A program made the translations under genes and the position numbers. Below the pieces are notes generated by a model. It saw only the letters and a program-made list of their open reading frames with translations. It was not told the DNA's origin and ran no database searches. A stretch of 64,000 nucleotides of DNA from Kudoa neothunni (Eukaryota > Animalia > Cnidaria), in contig OZ199838.1 in the NCBI GenBank assembly GCA_964304625.1, positions 4,241,354 through 4,305,353 on the forward strand, read 5' to 3'. Positions 25,139 to 39,377 of this stretch are shown here, piece by piece (position 1 is the stretch's first letter; the number at the start of each line of letters is the position of its first letter).

Positions 25139-27364
25139 CCTTCTAAGTAGCTGAAAATTTTACACCCTCCAAATAAAAATGGGGAAGAAGTCTACCCCAG
25201 GATTTTTTTGATCAAATTTTACGAAATACTGTGTGGCATTTATTGAGTAAGTTTTAGTTAATTCCGCCAATTCAATTTTGAGTAAATGATAAAACATTCG
25301 GATTTTACATGTATACGCACGCGCATGTGTTCTTGGCTATTGCATTTTTTGTAATAAAATACTATTTGAACAGGCGATTATACATTTATTGGAATAGAAA
25401 GTGTTTAAATCTACAAAATACTTAGTATCGACGATCTCCGTAACTTTTTATTTAGTGAAATATCTTTTAGCGCCAAAAACGAAAATAAACAAATTAATCT
25501 ATTCCTTAAAACATTTATTAGAGATAGTTTTTGAATATTCTCTACAGCATGAATTTAAACAAATCGAATATTTTATTTGAGTTTTCCTGTCATTTTTTTT
25601 CTTACATAATTCAAATCTTCGGATAGAGCTATTCCTGTTATCATTCAAAAGATTATTACGCGGAATATTTGTTAAGTGGGATTCTTGCTTCCTTCTTGCG
25701 ATCAGTTTTCTTGTCAGTTCATGGGCCATCAATTTCAAAAATTTCCTCCTAATGAGTTGGGACATATATAATTCTTTATAAATAAAGAATGCATTTATTA
25801 GCGATTTATCATCATATTAAAAAACACGATTAGAGGCCAACGACGAGTAAATCTTTTAACACTGACAGATGACAGTAATCTAGCGATTGTATCCACCCCT
25901 CCTTTGACTCGATTATAATGTAGAATAATCTCAGATTTGGGTGTTCGAGGAGGACGTGCAAAGAACATATACGGGTTTATTTTTGTTTGGTTAAATACCT
26001 AAATATCATTTTTCCCCATTGAATACGAAGAATGTAAAATCATAGGGGGATATCCCCTTTGTTCGCGCTAATTGTTCCAATCATGGTCAGTTTCATCGTC
26101 AATAATTCCTCTGCCAATTCAACGGAGGTAAAGAAGTTGTCACAGGCCAGATTTTACCGGATCCTTGGAGTGGGTCTATTAACTTTAGCACAATGTTCTT
26201 CCCGGCATTTATCGCCCTATTAGCATTATTTTGTCTCCCCAAATAAACGTCAATGTTGTACACGTATGTAGATTTTGAATCAACCATCAGGAAAAACTTT
26301 ATGTCATACTTAGCAGGTTTGCTAGGCATGTATTGTTTGAAGAGACAATGCCCTCTAAATAAAACTAACTGTTCGTCCACACACATCTTCAAAGGGGCGG
26401 AAACAACGAGGTAATAAATCAACCCAATGCGTACAAAGCTCTCGTATATGACAAAATTTGTCATGTTTTTTCTAGCTTCTCTATTATCCCTGTCATCAAA
26501 ATGAAGGGATTCAGTAATTTGCCTAAATCTATTTAATGAAAAGAGATCTCGGTAAATTTTTCTCTCTTCATCGACTCCAAACAATTCTGAAATTGGTTCC
26601 TCGGGGTCTTTGTGGATTGCCATCAATAGCATACATCCGATTCTACATTATCTAATATCCTCCAGTTACCACCGAAGTAACTTTCCCCAAATTTGTTCGT
26701 AAAATTCAAAATAATTTCATGCATTGTCTGACTAAAAAATAGTCTAAATGTATCAATCATTTCGTTTGCGTTGTTAGATGCGAAAGGAGAAACACCAGGT
26801 TGATTATTCATGATATTCTCGGCCCCCGTTCTAGAGGATATAGGTTTCTTATCGGTCCACAAAGTTCCATTCTTATCAAATAATAATCACATGTCATGTT
26901 ATCGTCGATATCCGAGATATCTGAAGTAGATTCAATATAACTTGAGTAATCAACGTCAGACTCATCAAAATCGGAGAAACTATCACTATACTCAGGAGAT
27001 GAAGACATCTTTCTACTATTTCCGCGAATACACACATATAACATAACAATAGTATTTTGTTGTTTATTCAAAATCTGATCGGTAGAATTTTCTAAAATTC
27101 TCCCAATAAATATAATTCAATATTTAGAAAATTTTTATCAAACAAAAAGCTGGAGTAGATTTCTACCCCATTTTTATTTGGGAGGTGTTTTATCGTTAAT
27201 TTCCTTTATATAAAACCGAAAAAATTTTTTCCACCATTTTATGGCAGCTATTAAGAACATAGTCGATCAAAACAATTTATAAAGTTGTGTGTTCTATTTT
27301 CATGCCACAATATTGTTATGAAGTTTCTCCTGGGGTAGAAATCTACCCCATTTTACTCGGAGGG
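25139..27364 (-). mobile_element. Decayed piggyBac (PB2) with fragmented transposase at ~25499-27010
   Basis: TTAA at 25135-25138 and 27365-27368. Ends CCTTCTAAGTA and TACTCGGAGGG. GGGGTAGAAATCTACCCC palindromes. Peptides VDEQLV, QYMPSKPAKY and GGVD. Confidence 0.9.
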
Positions 27365-27383
27365 TTAAATTAACGTTAAAATA

Positions 27384-29420
27384 GCTTCCGAGGAAAATTG
27401 GGACGTAAATACACCTTGCTTTTTTTTGATAAATTGTTTAAGATATTTTAAAAAATATATTTGGAACTTTTCAGATAATTCTAATCGTTAAATAACCCTT
27501 AAATTGGCAATAACTTATTCAGTTTACTGAATTCTCAAGCGCGAAAAATAATGAGTTCTTGTGATTACAGTAGTAGTCGTTTTGATACTGATTCTTTTGA
27601 GTGTGATTCCTTAGTTGATGTTAATATATCATCAGATAATGAAGATTATATCATTATTGTATCATTAGACTCATTAGTTGATAAAATGGAGTTCTATGGA
27701 CAGCTGAAAATATTATAAATAATCGTCCAGACGTTTCTCCCTACATATCTCAAAACGTTAACAAAGCAGTTGATACTTTTAAGGTGTTATTTAATTTTGA
27801 TATGTAAAAGTTGATTTTAAAATTTACAAATCAATATGGAGAAAAAATTTTTGTTAATGCTTGGACAGAATTAGACGAAACTGAACTCGATGGCTTCGTC
27901 AGATGCTTAATTTTAATAGGCGTATATAGAGACAACCATGAACCTGTTAAGGAATCATTTGGATCTGGAGAAGGATAAAAAATATATCGTGATCTCTTTT
28001 CATTAACAAGATTTCGGCAAATTATACGAGCACTTCACTTTGATGACTAAGAAACTAACTTACTTGAGAAAAGTTAATGACAAATTTTGTCATATCGAGG
28101 ATCTTTGGAACATTTTAGTTGATTTATTTAATCGTAGCTTTCGTCCATATGAAGATCTCTGCTTCGACGAACAACTTGTTGCATTTAGAGGTCGCTGCAA
28201 ATTCAAGCAGTATATGCCGATGAAACCTGCCATGTATGGGAATAAGGTTTTTCTATTGGTTGATCCTAGATCAAAATATGTTTGCAATTTGTCCGTCTAC
28301 TTGGGTAAGCGGTCTCAGAATGACACAACAACTGTTAATGCTGGGAAAACATTGTTTTGCAACTTACGGAACCATTCATAAACTCGGTGACGAATATTGT
28401 TTGTGACAACTTTTTCACGTCAATTGAGTTATCTGATGAATTGTTAAGTAGAAAAGTTACAATTATTGGAACCATGCGTGAAAACAAACATGATATTCCA
28501 TTCTATCTACGACTTCAAAAAGACACCCTATTATATTCATCTCTTTTTGTATTTAATAACAAAAGGATGATATTAAGGTATTTACCCAAGAAGAACAAGA
28601 CTGTCTATATGCTTTATTCATCTTCAAGTAACACACACATACACTGCGACTGAAGCGCCATTTAAGCCCGACATTGTATTGCAGTATAATTTGATAAAAG
28701 GAGGAGTTGACACCAGCGCAAGGTTATTGGCTTCAATTAGTGTCAGATGAATCAATCGTTGTTGATCACTAATTTTATCTTTCAATATGATCGATATTAC
28801 CTTGATCAATGCTCTTTGCATATTCAAAGAACTTTTTTCTTCAGTACGTCGTAGAAGAAGAGATTTTTTGAAGATGATGGCTGAGCAAATGACACTTCCA
28901 TTGCTATCAAGAAAAAATCTAATAATTCAACCCTACATTTGACCTATTGTAGAACGGGAAACGACTCTTCAAGGCAGATGTCGATTATGTGAAAGAAAAA
29001 ATGACAAGAAAACTTCCTCAAAGTGTCGAGTTTGTGCTAATTTTTATTGAATAAAACATTCGTAATGTATTTGTCTTAACTGCTGTAATAAATAATACAC
29101 ACATTAGTTTGTCTATTTATCGATTTTTATGAATATGTAAAGTTCTAATGAATTGACCAGTTTTGTTTATACATATAAGGTTGAGCGTTAATTGATCCAT
29201 GTAAATTTTTCTGACCGCCAGAACATCCAGGTATATACACACACACATCAAATGTTTAACAATGTTTTCTCATTAATTACTCAAAAATTACTCCACAACA
29301 ATTTTTCTCATTATGCGGTAATAGTTACCTATTATTTTCCAATAATTTAGTTGAAAAAACCTGTGGTTTATTTACACCCCAATTTTACTCGGAAGGTGTA
29401 AATATTCATGACTTGGATGG
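27384..29420 (+). mobile_element. Decayed piggyBac (PB3) with fragmented transposase at ~27551-29097
   Basis: FDEQLVAFRGRCKFKQYMPMKP, VCDNFFTS, KGGVD and a Cys-rich tail. The right end is ACTTGGATGG|TTAA; the left end is degenerate. Confidence 0.85.
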
Positions 29421-30455
29421 TTAATTTATATTTATTTCATGTATTTTTTGCAGATTTAAATTTAACGTCAATTAACATCCATTTAATAGAAATAAACTCG
29501 TCCATTATACAAATGGACGATTGAATTTTGTAGATTTTTATGATTTCATTTATGGAACTACTCACCTAAAAAATTCAGTTGCTTAAAATTTTTTAAATTC
29601 ATTTAAAGATATGAACTAATTTTTTCTCGCATCTACATCTTTATAGAACTCATCAACGGTAATTGTTATCCTTATATTTTTTCGACTGAGTTAATTATTG
29701 GAATGTATTTTTATTTATAACATCACCGCACATTCCTTAATAGCTTTTTTATTTGCTGTGTCTAAAATTAGTCAACGGTTTCAAATATTTTTTCGAGTAA
29801 TTTTAAAATATGTTTAAATAATAATCTCATCACTGCCTGCCTGAACTGAATGAAGTTTTATGAGTTGAAATTATTAATCTAAGCTTGTTAGTAAAATTTT
29901 TGTTTTTGAATTTATAATCAAACTACAATTTTGATTATAGATTCAGACCTTAAGTATTTGACTCTCGCATATTTAATGTTTTTTTCGTAATATATACATA
30001 ATAAATAGAATATAATACAATTATATTTTTGTTTAGATTATGTTAATCCTATAGGTTTCTCCTCAACGTATTCGCCAATTGATGGAAAGTAAAATTAGAT
30101 GAGTTGTCGTTGTTTTATCGGTAAAGGTATTTTTTGTTACAGTTCAAAGTTACACTTAAGAAATTTTACAAGTTAATTCTAGTATTTTGGAAATATTTAA
30201 ATTTAATTATAAATATTCGCTAATCATATGAATATAATATATATTAAATATCCTAGGTGATTTACCTTTTGTTAATTTAATAAGTTTATCCATTATTTCG
30301 TATATGACAAAATATTTAGATTTGAATGTATCTTTTATGCATGCTTAATACTGGTTTAATTATTCGTCTTTTAATGCAGCGAACTAATCATTAAACCGCA
30401 TTGAATATTTTACTTTTTCAACCAGTTCCACTTTTTTGTTAGCTAAGTCGATTAA

Positions 30456-31834
30456 CATTCTAACGATTTTGGGGTAAATTTTACCCCACGTTTTTATCAC
30501 ATTAATGTAGAGTATCTTGTAGGTAATCAAATAATAAATTACTAGTTAAATCAAAAAGTGGATTTGAAGAAAACAATGAACAAAGTAACTAGTTGTGCCA
30601 TTGCGCATAATGCATAATTCTATATGAATGACGCGAGTGATTTCATTGAAGAATATACCTCATCTGGAGGCGAATGCAGCGATCAAGTTATCGTTGAAAG
30701 TGATATATCGGATCAAGAAATATATCCCATATGTATTAATGATAATAATTTGAAGAGTAAAAGTGGAATTATTTGGAGTTTATCAAAGTCACCTACGTGA
30801 AAAACCTGTGTCGAAGACATAATGAATTCCATCCGTGATGTTACTTTATATATTGTATCTAAGATAAAATCATTCATTGATTGGTTTTTGTTATCCTTTA
30901 CCTCAGAAATCTATAGTATTATCATAAATTACGTATGCAAAAATGTGTTTGGAAATCACTATTTCAATGATGAGTGACATGTTACCAATGAAATTGAATT
31001 TAAAGGTCATGTAAGCCTTCTAATACTAATAGCTATTCAGATAGACAAGTACCACTGATAATACTGTCATCGATGCGTCTAAAAGTTTAAAACCTCATAC
31101 CATAATGCATTACAAAGCAACCAAGAGTAGGGTTGATAATGTGGATAGAATGTTGACATCAATTTGTACCCAAAAGTTAAAAAGATGGCCGCTTATCGTT
31201 CTTTCAACATGATTGATATATCGTTGATTAATGCATTTGCATTATTCGATGACATATTTAATTCAAAGAGAAAATTGAGGAGAAACTTTCTGAGAGAGAT
31301 TTCTAAAGAATTGGACAATTCACTGTAAATAGGACCTCCAGAAAAGTTATCAAAAGAAATTAAAATAAATTTGATATTCGAATAAAGAACCAAGTTCAAA
31401 TAAAAAATCGTCACGTTGGGATTATTTTAAAAGTTCAAATGATAAGAGAAAGTCTAAATGGTGCCTTAATTGCTACAAGTTTTAATTCTCCACTCATGAT
31501 TTGAAATTCTTTTAACGTGTCAAAATTAATTGTTGTGCTTATTTTCGTTTGTTTTGTTATTTCTTAATGAGTTCTCTATTAGCCGATAATGTTATTTTTA
31601 TTTTGTAAACACTTACGGAGAACATCGATATATTCCGATAATGTCATAATCGAGATTAGTTTGAGACTATTTGGCTTAATTACTACAATATTCCAATGAT
31701 CCCACTCGTTTGAATTTGACAATATTTTGTATTCCCAAGTTAATATTTTTTACACACATCGGCGCATTAAAAAAGTGGGATAATTTTTACCCCAAAAGTG
31801 TTACAGGGGTATCGTTTTTGAGATCGTTAGAGGG
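30456..31834 (+). mobile_element. Internally deleted piggyBac (PB4)
   Basis: TTAA|CATTCTAACGAT ... ATCGTTAGAGGG|TTAA. GGGGTAAATTTTACCCC palindrome. Remnant peptides KSKSGIIWS and VDNVDRML...KRWP. Confidence 0.85.
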
Positions 31835-32059
31835 TTAAATAGTGCGTAGTATCCCTGCACAATTATATAGTGGAACAAGATAGTAGATGGTAGATATAAA
31901 AACAATTTTTAAATATATCCCTGATGTTAGATCCTATCCCAATTAATGATTTTAGCTAAATGATAAAAATGGATTCCTTGAGGTATTAGTTAATGTGTCC
32001 AATAAAAAAATGAACGCATGAGGAGATTTTTTCAAGTTATAGAATATGACCAAATCTTA

Positions 32060-33087
32060 CCTCGCTAACGAATGAGCCTTTCTGGGGATAAATTGACCTC
32101 AAAACCCCTTTTATAAAAGTTTTCAATACATACGAAAATTGGACAATTGTAATATCTAGTGTATTCTCCTAAAAAATATATTGTAATAAAAATTTGAAGA
32201 AGCATAAAAAACGATATACGAAAAAAAAACTTTTGGTGTTTCGGATCAAGTTGACCACAGGGTTTTTACTGTTATAAATGTTAATAAAATATTTAACGAA
32301 ATAAATAGTTGACTTAGATTGAATTTTGCGCGTGGGACACTGAGAAAATAAGTAAAAAATGTACATGAGTTCATACGCAATGACACGGATACATCCGTAT
32401 TATCGTGCAGTTACCACGAAATTGCCCCAAAACATGTGGACAAAAACCAAAGGGAGATTTCGATGAAAATTTTCTCATTGACTATGATAGAGATGCTAGA
32501 AAATTATTTAATGACTCTTTTTAGTACTTAAAAGTCAATTTCTGATGGTTCTGGTGATAATGATAATGACTCGAATGTGTTTTCCGAGAAGAATACTGTT
32601 TAAAACCTAAATTTCGTCCAAAGGTCGATGTAAAAAATTAATAGTTTTTACGTGCGATCAAAATTGAATTAAAATGGTTATATGTACATTTTTAATTTGG
32701 CCTTCACCTTCGAGAGAATCTCGTAAAAGTGGTCACCTGCGGTACAAGACTAATTTGTTTCTCATAATTGAGGGCGGATTTAATTTTTGAATATTTTTTT
32801 ACATTATTTTAAATCTGAAAAATTTAGTTATCTCACTAATTGGTTGCAATAAAAACCGAGTCGACAAAACTTAGACTCCGCCAATTATTCACTCGAATTC
32901 GGACTATTTCATATACGCACAGTTTAAATATTGATTAAAATACAACAGAAATATTTCAATAAATTTTTATTTAATTATACCTATGGTTACATAATTATCT
33001 ATTTCACTCAATAATGCAACAAAAACCTGGTGTCAATTTGACCCCAAAAGCATCAGGTGTATAGTTGATTTTGAGGCGCTCGGAAGG
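32060..33087. mobile_element. Non-autonomous piggyBac-like remnant (PB5)
   Basis: Right end GCGCTCGGAAGG|TTAA. Subterminal GGTGTCAATTTGACCCC is mirrored by GGGGATAAATTGACCTC near 32084-32100. Left end uncertain. Confidence 0.55.
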
Positions 33088-34189
33088 TTAAATACACATT
33101 GGAATACTTTATGTCCACCGTATATATTTTAAGCTTTATAGTATGTAATAATCATATATGTTAAAATATTTGGCGAACTAGATTAGAACCTTCATCAAGC
33201 CTTATTATTCAAAACCTTGGACAGATTATTTATTCTTTCAATTTAGTATCTAAATGTGAAAAATAGAAGTAAAATGATAAAACATTTAAACACTTTCAAA
33301 ATCGTATCACCTAAAACTGAACTTGTAAGCCTAAGGTTCATCCAACTCGGCTAATTAAGTAAATTCTCAATATCTAATGGTTGTTATGAATCACACATAA
33401 GGTACACAATATCCTTAATACGTACTATGGTTTACCGTCAAAGGATTATCAGACATCAATCATGCGACCTTAGCATCATTTTATGAAGTTCCAACTATAG
33501 ATTAAAACACGAATGATCATTTTTTAAATTTATTATCACAGAATTAAGTGGAGTAAATATTTACGGACGTATTAATGGAAAGATTAATATTCAAGTTGTG
33601 GTGTTACAATGTTATTGTATTCAAAATATCTATATAAATAAACTCCTTCAACTTGAAATTAGATCAATGGGCATTTGGATCAATAATTGATCACAAAATT
33701 CTCATATCCAATACAACAGATTTGTTTGGCTACAAAAGTTTATCGGGAAATCAATATTTTGTCCATAGTTCTGGAACTGGTCATTCCTTAGCATAATACA
33801 TTGTATAAGAATAAAAGCGATCGCCTCTAGACAACGACCGCACAGTGAGTGATTAAACAATATTTGGATGGATTAAATTTTTATAAAAGTATTACCCCGT
33901 TGAATTATGCATAGGTAATATTATCTATAATCCTTTAATTCATAAAATTTTTTGGCAAATCTAAACCAAACCAGCCACTAATGAACTTAATTATATAAAT
34001 AAGCAAAAGCGTTAAATGGACTAGAATTACACATTGAAAAACATGACCAACATCTAATTAGATTAACCACATCGTAACTAGATCGTTTCTTGCCGGAAAT
34101 TATTCGCCGAAAATAGCTGATCGGTTTAGAGATAGATTTTCGCTGTTTGATCCACCACCACAACAAATAAACATTGTTATTCGACAGAA

Positions 34190-35943
34190 ATGCACGGCGA
34201 TATACAGTATGCAAAATCAAGGAATAAACCAATCAAAGTGAAGGTTGCAAAATCGTTTGATCGAAAGTTGCCAAAGTTGGGAGTTTTTTTATTTGGAGCC
34301 AACCACACTGTGATCTAACCTATTTTTAGTGATTCTTATTTTTTTATCGGTTTAAATTTAGTTAGCCAATTTGTTAATGTTTCCTGCATCAACATTGTTG
34401 CTGCCGGAAGATTTCAAATCTTCCATCACTTTTGATATCGCATACAAGAATATATCTTCCGAAAATTTCCCAAAGAAATTCAAGTTCAAACATATGCTTC
34501 CTAATGTTTTTCGTTTGTTACGATCGAAATTTCAAATCAGAGAGGAAGATTTTCTTCATTCATTCAAGGAAGAGCCGATACCAATCCAATGTAAAAATAT
34601 GAACGCTTTTGAAAGTTTCGATCATTCGTTTGTGTTTAAAATTGTTGAGAATGATTATGTTGATGGTTTGTTGAATTTGATGCCTTCATATTTTCGGGTA
34701 ATTTCTATTTTTGTGTATTACCGTGGCTGAGACTTGTTCTTAAAATATTTCCACTTTTCAATTGCATAACAAATGATTAGTGCTATGGAGAATAATTTGA
34801 TTGCTACAGTATCTTTATCCTCTAGATTTTAAAATATTGTTTAGTATCTAAGTGAAAGAAAGTTCTGCTCGTTATTGCCGCAATACTGCTCAATTTTTAA
34901 AATCACCATCGACAACAAAAAATCGTGCATTGTTGTGATGAAAAATATAATGAGTGGTTCGATTGAAAATTTTGACTATTACAAATTAAATGTAATTTGT
35001 TTTCATCGTGATTAAATAAATGTATGTTGATTGATGATTAATTAGTGTTCTCTCGAGAAAGATCCTTCCAAAGATGTAGAAACCTCTGACGACAAAAAAC
35101 GTAAAAAGCCACCCGAGCCTGACTTACCTTTTCAAGCCCATTTTAAATTTGACTCCCCACAAAAAACCAAGGACAACATACTTGAAAAAGCTTCCCACGA
35201 TGCCAAAGTATTTTCCAACCACTTGGCTTTCCTGAATACACGTGTGATGATGAATATTTGCGTAGTTTCTCTGTGAAAACAATGTGTATGGGTGGTCGTT
35301 TTTAGCCTGCAAAACCAGCGGTCCATCGCCCGAAAAAAAATCCTCGTGCCCGGCAGGCTATAAAGCCCATGATAAAGACAAACGATTTTCATATAGTATT
35401 TTCCCCGCCCTTGTGAACGATTTCCCCAGTCTCAATCAACCCCTTGCGTCGACAGATGATACCTTTTTTGACAATTCCAACTTCTCCAAAATAAGCGGCT
35501 ACTATGTAAATACAAATGGTATTCACACAAACGTTGTAGGATGATGTTGTGATGAGAATCATATAGATCTAGCTAATCATTACTACTTTGGTTGTATGGA
35601 TATATCCAGCCATTGTAAACACGTCAAAAAATCTTTCTCTGATAAAAGCAAAAAGAAACAACAGCATGCTTCGCCTAGCACACCAGTTCAAGTAGGTTTT
35701 TGTATGGGTTTATGTCCGATGTGTTTGAACACATTCTTGTAGACTACCAAATCCGGTGATAACGAAATTCAACCCAACATAAACAACCATCATAAAACCA
35801 AGGGAAGATTGGTCGATCCAACAAAATTGGTGCAATCTATTGAGGTTTCTTTTGTCAAGACAAGCAACAGCGACTTGACAAATGTACAAAGTGATCCCGC
35901 CTTACAAGATAACTTAAATAATTCATCGAGCGATCCTGTTTGA
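34190..35943 (+). CDS. PIP4K (type II PIP kinase)-like protein, ~447 aa, 7 exons, probable pseudokinase
   Basis: Exons 34190-34309, 34362-34697, 34845-34991, 35046-35207, 35266-35518, 35567-35691 and 35743-35943 join in frame through GT-AG introns. FGANHT, LLLPEDFK, ENFPKKFKFK..PNVFRLLRSKF, LLPQY, VMKNI and YFGCMDI align with PIP4K2 motifs. Confidence 0.85.
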
Positions 35944-36028
35944 AATATTAATTTTTAACCGGTATATTTATACGCATTATCTAATGTTTTTTTAATTGTT
36001 TTCATGAGTGTATTTGGTTCAGTAAGAT

Positions 36029-36070
36029 CAGTGTTTCCCATCGGTGGGCACGAAAAAATTTTGGTGGACA
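36029..36070. mobile_element. Possible hAT-type terminal repeat remnant
   Basis: CAGTGTTTCCCA...GTGGGCAC resembles hAT/Charlie ends. No partner end found. Confidence 0.3.
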
Positions 36071-37702
36071 TGAAAATTTTTGAACGTTTAATGAATCACT
36101 TTGGTGGGTGCGGAAAACCCTGAGTATTGGTGTGACACCGATAATAGTGAGATAATTGGGCAGTATGCGACATTTTGAAGTTAATATCATAAAAAATACA
36201 GAAAGCAATGATTAATTATATAAAAATTGCAAATAATATTTAACGTGACCTTCACCCGAATAGAATCGGAATGGTTTGAATCCCAATCTTGTCTCATTTA
36301 GAATCGTATATCCTCTTTTTTCGACTAAACTTAATATAATATTGACTAATTATATATTTATATTATTTATTTTCCGTTTAATAGCTCCGTATACACGAAA
36401 GTCTTTCCTAATGAAGGTTGGATTACCACAAGTTTCATTTGACGGAATGGAGAACTAAAGATGCTATTTCTTAAGGTCAATCGATAAATTAAGTTAGGTC
36501 TTATCGAATACATTTTAGTTTTAATGGGAAAAGAAGTACATACTAATTGTTTTCAAATTTTAATGTGATAAGGAGCTTTTTTCAAAGTTATAAACATTTT
36601 AAATTTTAAAAAAATCAATACTTTTTTTCAAGAAAAGTGGGACGCGATAGAAAAACGGTCGGGAAACGCTGAGTAAGGTGATTGTCTACTGACAATGTTT
36701 TCTTTGTGCTATTTTTGTATAATTTTTTTATATAAAAGGAGACCATGTACTACTAAATTATTATTAAATGAAGACTTAATTAACAGAAATTTAATATAGG
36801 GTGGTGATCGGTTGTTTGATTTTAATATTCTGCAGTAAGTGAACGATTTATCGCGCCGATTTTGAAGAGATCTGTGAAAATATTTTGAAATAACTTAGTT
36901 TTTATGATGTCATTTAAAATCTTTTACGAATGTCATGTACTAGGTTTTTAGTAAGTTAAAATTTGTTAGGCTCATAATCTTTTAGAAATAGGAATTAATT
37001 AATTCCCACACATTCTAGAATCCATTATTGTGAGTGCGTATGGGAGAATAAAATTATGAACTTCGTTATTAAGTGAACCCCTAACTATTTCACCTTCGAA
37101 GGAATTTTCTAAAAAACTTACGTGTGTTACCATAGGGTCCATTGTAAATAGGAAGTGGCTATTGGCGTTTTAAATAATATTCTGGTGGCATTAGGTTTAA
37201 TTATATTTAAATAATTTATGATCTCTAATAACGAAGCGGTTGGCTACACGCAATTAAATATAGAAGTTTTTCTTAAAAAATATAAATGTTTTCTAATAGA
37301 TTTTTTAAGATTTAACGGTATAAACGTTCTCATAACTGACGTATTATAGGAAAAAACTAAATTTATTCCGATTAAAAATAATGTTCATAATTAACCTAAA
37401 CTGCGAACAATTCGCATACTCGTAATTTATATAACAATATGATTCTTTTCGTGTGATAAATATATTATTTTATGATTTTGGCTTAAAATAATTTTATTTT
37501 TTTCACAAAAATTATAAAAGTTTTATCATGTGTGTCAATTAATCATTACATCGTTACATACGAAACACGTAATAAAGTTCACAGTCTTAGGCGCTATAGT
37601 AGCTGAATTGATTTGTATAAGTAATACATTTTGAGATATCAGGGAGGAAATGACGAATGACGGAAGAAAACGAAAAGTCGACGATGAATTTAGCACTTTT
37701 AA

Positions 37703-38693
37703 CCCTCTAATGCCTTGACGTGGGCACGCCGTCCAGCAAAGAATATTTGCAATATACTATTCTCATAAAAATTTTGTAATTATGCTACTTTACATAATTT
37801 ATTTTGAAAAATTTTATAAACTTAAAATCAAATTTTTCCGTGTTTAAATAAGTTGTAGATGCATAAATTTTAAAAGGAATGTACATGTCCGAGCGTTTAA
37901 CTAGGTAACACTCCAGTCTAACCCTATGATTTTCTAGATAACGCATTATAATTTATAAATTTCACGACAATAACGGCTTTATAAATTGAACTAGAAAAGA
38001 AATTTAATCAAAAATTTTATTCTAAATTTGAACAATTTATCATTTAAATGTGTATTCAATTGATGCAGAAAAGTTACATTATAGGAATGGTGACGTTATA
38101 GACCTCAAAGTATTTCTTTGGGCATTGATTCTGATTGGGTTCATGAAAGAAATAAATTAACTTCTAAGTTAATTCTATATTACAATGCGACCAACGGTGA
38201 TGTTAATACTTTCAATCAGCTATTGCTATGTTATTCTACAAAAAAAGTTACTAAACGCTGGCCGATAGCTGTATTTTAAAACACAATAGACGCGGCAGCG
38301 TACAATACGTTTCAACTTCATAGGATCTGGAACCCTCAATTTCTTAGTCAATACTATTTCAGTGAAGAAAAGAATTTCTGAAAAAGAAATCAATGTGACT
38401 CTTAGAGGAATCTAATACAAATATAAAAACGAAAAGTGAAAAGACAAACGAAGAACAAGGAAAACGCAGACATTGTGGCGTTTGTAGCATATCTCCAAAA
38501 AAACGAAGCCGCACAAGATGTAGTGCAGTACGCGCGCCCGACTCACGTGTGATAAATGTTAAATAAAGTTAATATTATTTATAACATGTTTTACAAAAAA
38601 AATTATTTTTCTCTATAATTCAATGTTTTTTGGGGGTGGGCACAGTGTCCATCTCCAAGAATGCGCGTAAGCTTTTTCTCGGGTATCGGAGGG
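37703..38693 (+). mobile_element. Internally deleted piggyBac (PB6)
   Basis: TTAA|CCCTCTAATGCC ... GGTATCGGAGGG|TTGA. Remnant peptide YYNATNGDVNTFNQ...TKRWPIAVF and Cys-rich tail RHCGVC...RCS. Confidence 0.8.
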
Positions 38694-38832
38694 TTGAATA
38701 AGTGCATTGAAAAATTTAATAACAAAAAAATCCATTTCTTTTTAAATTCAGCTCAATTAAAACAATGTGAAACAAAACCAACAGTTCTAATCAATACATG
38801 TTGTTTTCTAATTTTTATGTGGGCATAAGGCT

Positions 38833-39377
38833 CTAGACTAACAACTTTTCGATCGATTGTTGACAAGTGCGTATCTGGGCTTGCAATTGAGATCCTTCGT
38901 TCGATGTTACAGTTGCGGCAATCACCGCCCTATTGACTCCACATGCTCTACCCAGAGCCACCTTAGACTTGACAAAAACATATGGCACATTCTAAAAAAT
39001 GAAATTTTAGGGAAATTTAATACACAGAAATAACCTTATCTTCGCACAACAATGGTAGATGTAGAAGAATTTCAATTGGATCGGCATCGGCAGCTAACAC
39101 AACAAATTCAGCGGTACCTCTGTTCAAACATTTGGTTGCTACATTTTCACTGAGATAAGACTAAATCATTAGGATGGAACAACTACCTTCATTAGCTCCT
39201 TTTCTCAGCTGTTTATAGCTAGTGGATTGATGTACCATCTCCAACAGCGTATTGGTAAAAGTAGCATCCGCTAGTGGATAAGCTTTAGGGTTTACGCCTT
39301 TTGAATCCTTAAATAACAGTATGGAAATGAGAAAACAAAAAAACTATCAGATTGAAAAGAATCAGACATACCTCCAT
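38833..39377 (-). CDS. SNU13: SNU13/15.5K (NHP2L1) U4 snRNP and box C/D snoRNP protein, 129 aa, 4 exons
   Basis: Exons 39377-39372, 39307-39187, 39138-39035 and 38991-38833. [10 protein letters not shown]...[62 protein letters not shown]. Start context is GCCACCATGG. Confidence 0.97.
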
